A stretch of DNA of 64,000 bases from NCBI GenBank assembly GCA_964036045.1, contig OZ038379.1, positions 10,788,001 through 10,852,000 on the forward strand, in the 5' to 3' direction. Below are positions 60,271 through 64,000 of this stretch, piece after piece (position 1 is the first letter of the stretch; each line of letters begins with the position of its first letter). The notes beneath the pieces are model-generated. The model was not told the DNA's origin. It saw only the letters and a list, made by a program, of their open reading frames with translations, and did not search any database. Both the position numbers and the translations under genes were made by a program. This stretch comes from Eutreptiella sp. 'Long Island Sound 2002'. Lineage: Eukaryota > Protista > Euglenida.

Positions 60271-63244
60271 AGAAATGAGCAGAAATAGCTTTGCTGGATC
60301 ACTCTGGTCTGGGTATTCTGCTGAGCAGCTTAGCTTAGGGACGTTTTTGGTTCAGTAGCTTGGTGGTCAGACTCCGGATACAAAAGGGCCTCTAAGGCAC
60401 TATCCGAACTTGGAATGCTATGAAAGGCAGAAAGAAACACATCCGTAATATAATGGGAATGGGGTTTATTTTCTGTGTGCCACTTGATCGTGCACTCCGA
60501 GCCCTGCACTGCGGACACCTTACCCCAACCCTTAAAACCGTGCCCCTTGGCTCTGGCCCAGGTGGCTGAGTACCTCACTTCACAAAATTGAAGCATCATG
60601 TATGATCCGTTCAAATGACCCGTCTGCATAGGTTCCCCAGCGAAGGAAGACTCCTGTTCTCTGAGCCGATGAAACTGTGCACATGGGCTCTAGCCAAGGT
60701 GGCTCAGTACCCTACTTTACAACATTCAGATAGTACATGTGATCCTGTGTGATGAACTCTCGGCATAGGTCCCCCTGCTCCAAAGGGGGCCCTCCGTTCT
60801 GAGCATCATTGTTAGTTGAAGATAATCTACATCACTTGAGCAACATGGAGTTGTGGGGGGGGGGGGGTCAACTCAAACTTGCCTCATGACCCGTGCCGTC
60901 ACGGGGTCCCCGCACACACCACGTTCCCCCTCAGGTGCCTAGGGAATCAATCGCCCATAACACTTTTTTGACCGCCTCTAAAATTTGCGGCATTCGCGCT
61001 AAAAAAAAATACTCCACGCAGAAAAAAATGTCTGAGTATTTTTCTTTGGCGCAGAATATTTTTTTGGTGCAAATTATTATTTTTAGCTAAAAAAAATACA
61101 ACCTCAAAAGAAAATAATCCGCTTCTTGAAAAAGATACAGGACCGGGCTCAAGGGGGGGGAGGTTTATATGTTATTTGATTTTTTAGGTTTGTCATGGTA
61201 GGATTTGGTACAAAAACCACTTTTGGCTCCGAGGAAGCATTGTTTTGTTTAATTTTTTTACTACGACTTGCCTTTCTAGCGTCTATTACCAAAGGGTGAT
61301 GGCATCAAATTGTTTGGATTCCGCCAAACCATTTCATTTTGGGGGCTTACTTCGCTCCCTTTGTAAGTTAAACAAGTGCAGAGGTGTTGAGTTTCCATGG
61401 AATCGGCAACATGCATGTGGGACATTTGTCGTGCTTTTGCGGCTTTTCTTCATGGTGCCAAACATTATGAAAAGAAAAGTGTTGCTGCATTGAAACAATT
61501 GTGTCGGTACTTAGTGTGCATTATCTATAGCAAATGCAGGCTAGAATTGGCAAGTAAGGAAAGAAACGGTTCATCTTCACAAAAAAATGCAAATATTTGC
61601 TCGGATAAGTTGTGTACCTTCCAGCTCAACTGAAGAAAGGTCGGGAAAATGACCTACACAACGTCAATACGGTGCAAACTGAAAAATTCTCAGCTTGGGC
61701 TTACTGTGGCGCATTTTGATGAACCAAAAGCTGATTTTGATTCATTTTTATGCTATTTCACTTTTTGACGTCAAAGAGGCGTCATGAGACGCTCAGTGTT
61801 GAAAACTAAAAGGTCATTACGAGAATTTGCCTAAAATGAAAATAAAGTACAAAAAAAGCTTGTGCGGCATTCATTATAAATCACTTCTTGGATGTAGATT
61901 CTGGAGCCCATAGGTAATTTTGGATTTGCTAGGCCTTTTGGAGGGCAAGCAGACATGGGGCCAGATTGTTGTCGCATGGGCCGGCAAACAATTAATTTTT
62001 CACCACGATTTCCTTAGAGGTCTGACTTGTGACTTTTATGCATTGCTATTTGGCACCTAAACTTTGCTGGCGCACTTACCCTACCCTACCTTATCCAGAG
62101 TTAGTGGATGCTAAATGTCGCAGTATCAAAGTGTTGAGGCTAATAAGTTTCCAAAAAGGGTACAATTCATGAAAAGAAGAATTTAGCATGTCAATCATCT
62201 CATCGAGGTGGTCATTTTGAAGAGTTGTCTTGGTAGGTTTCCAAATGCGTTTTGTTTCATCGTGCGTTACGCATATAATGGCATAAGGAGGCCTTTTTAG
62301 AGGGAAGCACAGTCCCCTTCATCCGACTCGCACATAGGAAGCCCCCATGGGTAAAGAATTCAACCAGGCGACGACAACGGCTTATTACCGTCCACAATAC
62401 TTGCACACACTACCTGGGATAGCTTCTCGGGTCAATGAAACCAAATCCACCCGCCTGTGCCGATGCGGGGTAACATTACACAATGGGTCCCTCTAGCTAG
62501 AGTTTTGCCTTTGTGCATGCTGGGTGTCATCGCACCCATGGCTTGGCACGATGTGACAATGGCAATTGTTGCACATTATGATGAGCTTGAGAGTATTCTT
62601 AGACGCTGTCAACATGGGCGCATCAAACTCATGCAGTCAAATCTTTCGGCTTCCTTTGTAACCCTATACACCGACGTGCTACCACAAATTATTGATGTTG
62701 CCCACGAGAAAGAACGGTGTTCACCTCCCAAAGATGTGTTGGGTGATGGTCAGGCAGACCGGCTAGCTGAATAATAGTTGTCAGGACAAGTATTCCGGAA
62801 GAGACGCGCGGATGTACGAAAAGGTGTAGGTCTTGTTTGATCCAAAGCACGGGACGGAGAGACAATGTGTGACGTTTCGTATACAATGACGTGTGAAGGC
62901 AGCGTGTTGCTTCATCATCTTAGGGGATGTCAAATTCTCAAATTCCTATTTGATGCTTTTCAACGACTAGACTTCCTAGCCGAATGAGCACCCCCTACCC
63001 AGCCCGTGCACCGGCAGCCGCAATCGCCATTGGGAATGTTCCGTAAATGGACCATTATTGGAGGAGGCTTGAAAGAAAGACGTGTGCACTAGGTTTCTCA
63101 TCGTACCAGACAGGATGCGCCAAATTCAGTGTGCTCAACCGACGTGCATGTGACTCAACACGAGCGGCGCCGTCGGGGCCACTAGTGAGAGAGTTGCGAG
63201 CAGGTCCGGCGGCAGGACAGCCTAAATCTCGCCCTAGTTCCGGG

Positions 63245-63480
63245 CATAAAACCACCCCTCAATGGGGGATGAAGCCACCTTTAAAACCACCCCGAGTGGT
63301 TTTGTGCCCATTTTGAGAGCGCAAAGACACACCCCTTTTGGCGGATAATAACCACCCCTTTGGGGGGATACAACCACCCGTTTTGGGGAATAAAACTACC
63401 GCCCATGCTTAAACTACCCCACTCGGGGTTTTCAAACTACCCCGCTGGGATTTTATGCCACCAAAGCAGCAAAAGACATA
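63245..63480. repeat. Cluster of AAAC(C/T)ACCCC motifs, resembling DNA-transposon subterminal repeats
   Basis: About 8 copies of AAACCACCC/AAACTACCC within ~240 bp, with further copies near 63850. Confidence 0.55.
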
Positions 63481-64000
63481 GGATAACAAGCAAATGTAGT
63501 CTGAAAAATGGCGCCACAAAAGCAATGCATATTGAATGAGATGAATAGCCATCCCAAACCATGTTTGAATTCCCATCTTAGACCTCAGATGTACAATTGG
63601 CCCCGACCTAGCCAGACATCGTACAACACATATAGATAGAGCAATGTGAAGCAAAACACGGAGTGAAAAACCATAAGTCGTTCCTTGACCTTCTCTCAGC
63701 TCTCCTACCTAAGTATCCGAACGGAAATCGGGCAAGCCCACCCCCCTATCCCCAACGGTGTTCTTTTAACAGCACAACATGTAGACGTAAAGCAACTTGT
63801 CTTCCGGTATTGTGGTTGTTAGTTACAGAATAAAATGACCGAAAAAGAGGATAAAACCACCACAAATGGGTGATACCCCCCCCAATTGCCCAATGGGGGC
63901 ATAGAATCAGCCCTGAGGAGGAAAAACTACTCGTTTGAAGGGATAAAAGCACTTTTCCCCTCCAAAATGGGACGGATGGAATCACTCCGGAGTGTCATAA

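Noticed and set aside
61028-61050. Resemblance of TCTGAGTATTTTTC to the euglenid spliced-leader exon
   Set aside because: The match is short and imperfect, lies in an A/T-rich transposon end, and has no following GT donor or SL-RNA structure.
1-64000. rRNA, intact tRNA or snRNA genes; prokaryotic operons
   Set aside because: No conserved rRNA, snRNA or full tRNA sequence was recognised. The intron-exon structure and repeat content rule out a prokaryotic reading.

Overview
This is eukaryotic nuclear DNA with long introns and many poly-C/poly-G runs. It is most likely a euglenid, inferred from relaxed GT donors and a CAG...CTG stem-loop insertion in an exon; no taxonomic search was run. From left to right the window holds: (1) ~10.3 kb of a 197-bp satellite made almost entirely of alternating inverted repeats, with 772-bp, ~1180-bp and ~4.1-kb higher-order periods; (2) an 8-exon alpha-N-acetylglucosaminidase gene (GH89/NAGLU, 12186-25834, ~790 aa) whose introns carry G-rich VNTRs, a 30-bp palindrome array and gene or retroelement fragments; (3) a decayed tyrosine-recombinase element next to 85-bp palindromic tandem repeats (~28.1-33 kb); (4) a 9-exon Zn-dependent histone deacetylase gene (38067-52066, ~671 aa) with an N-terminal AT-hook and a putative RFTS (DNMT1-RFD-like) domain; (5) a transposon-rich right end with two hAT transposase remnants. 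The most striking observation is a 561-bp element inside the HDAC coding sequence, with perfect 17-bp CAG.../...CTG terminal inverted repeats and an 8-bp target-site duplication. Removing it plus one TSD copy restores the frame and reproduces the +4 CAG / -8 CTG geometry of euglenid non-conventional introns. An internal GT...CTAAC...CAG route restores the frame too. Exon boundaries were deduced by eye from splice signals, phase compatibility and remembered family motifs; no alignment or database search was run.
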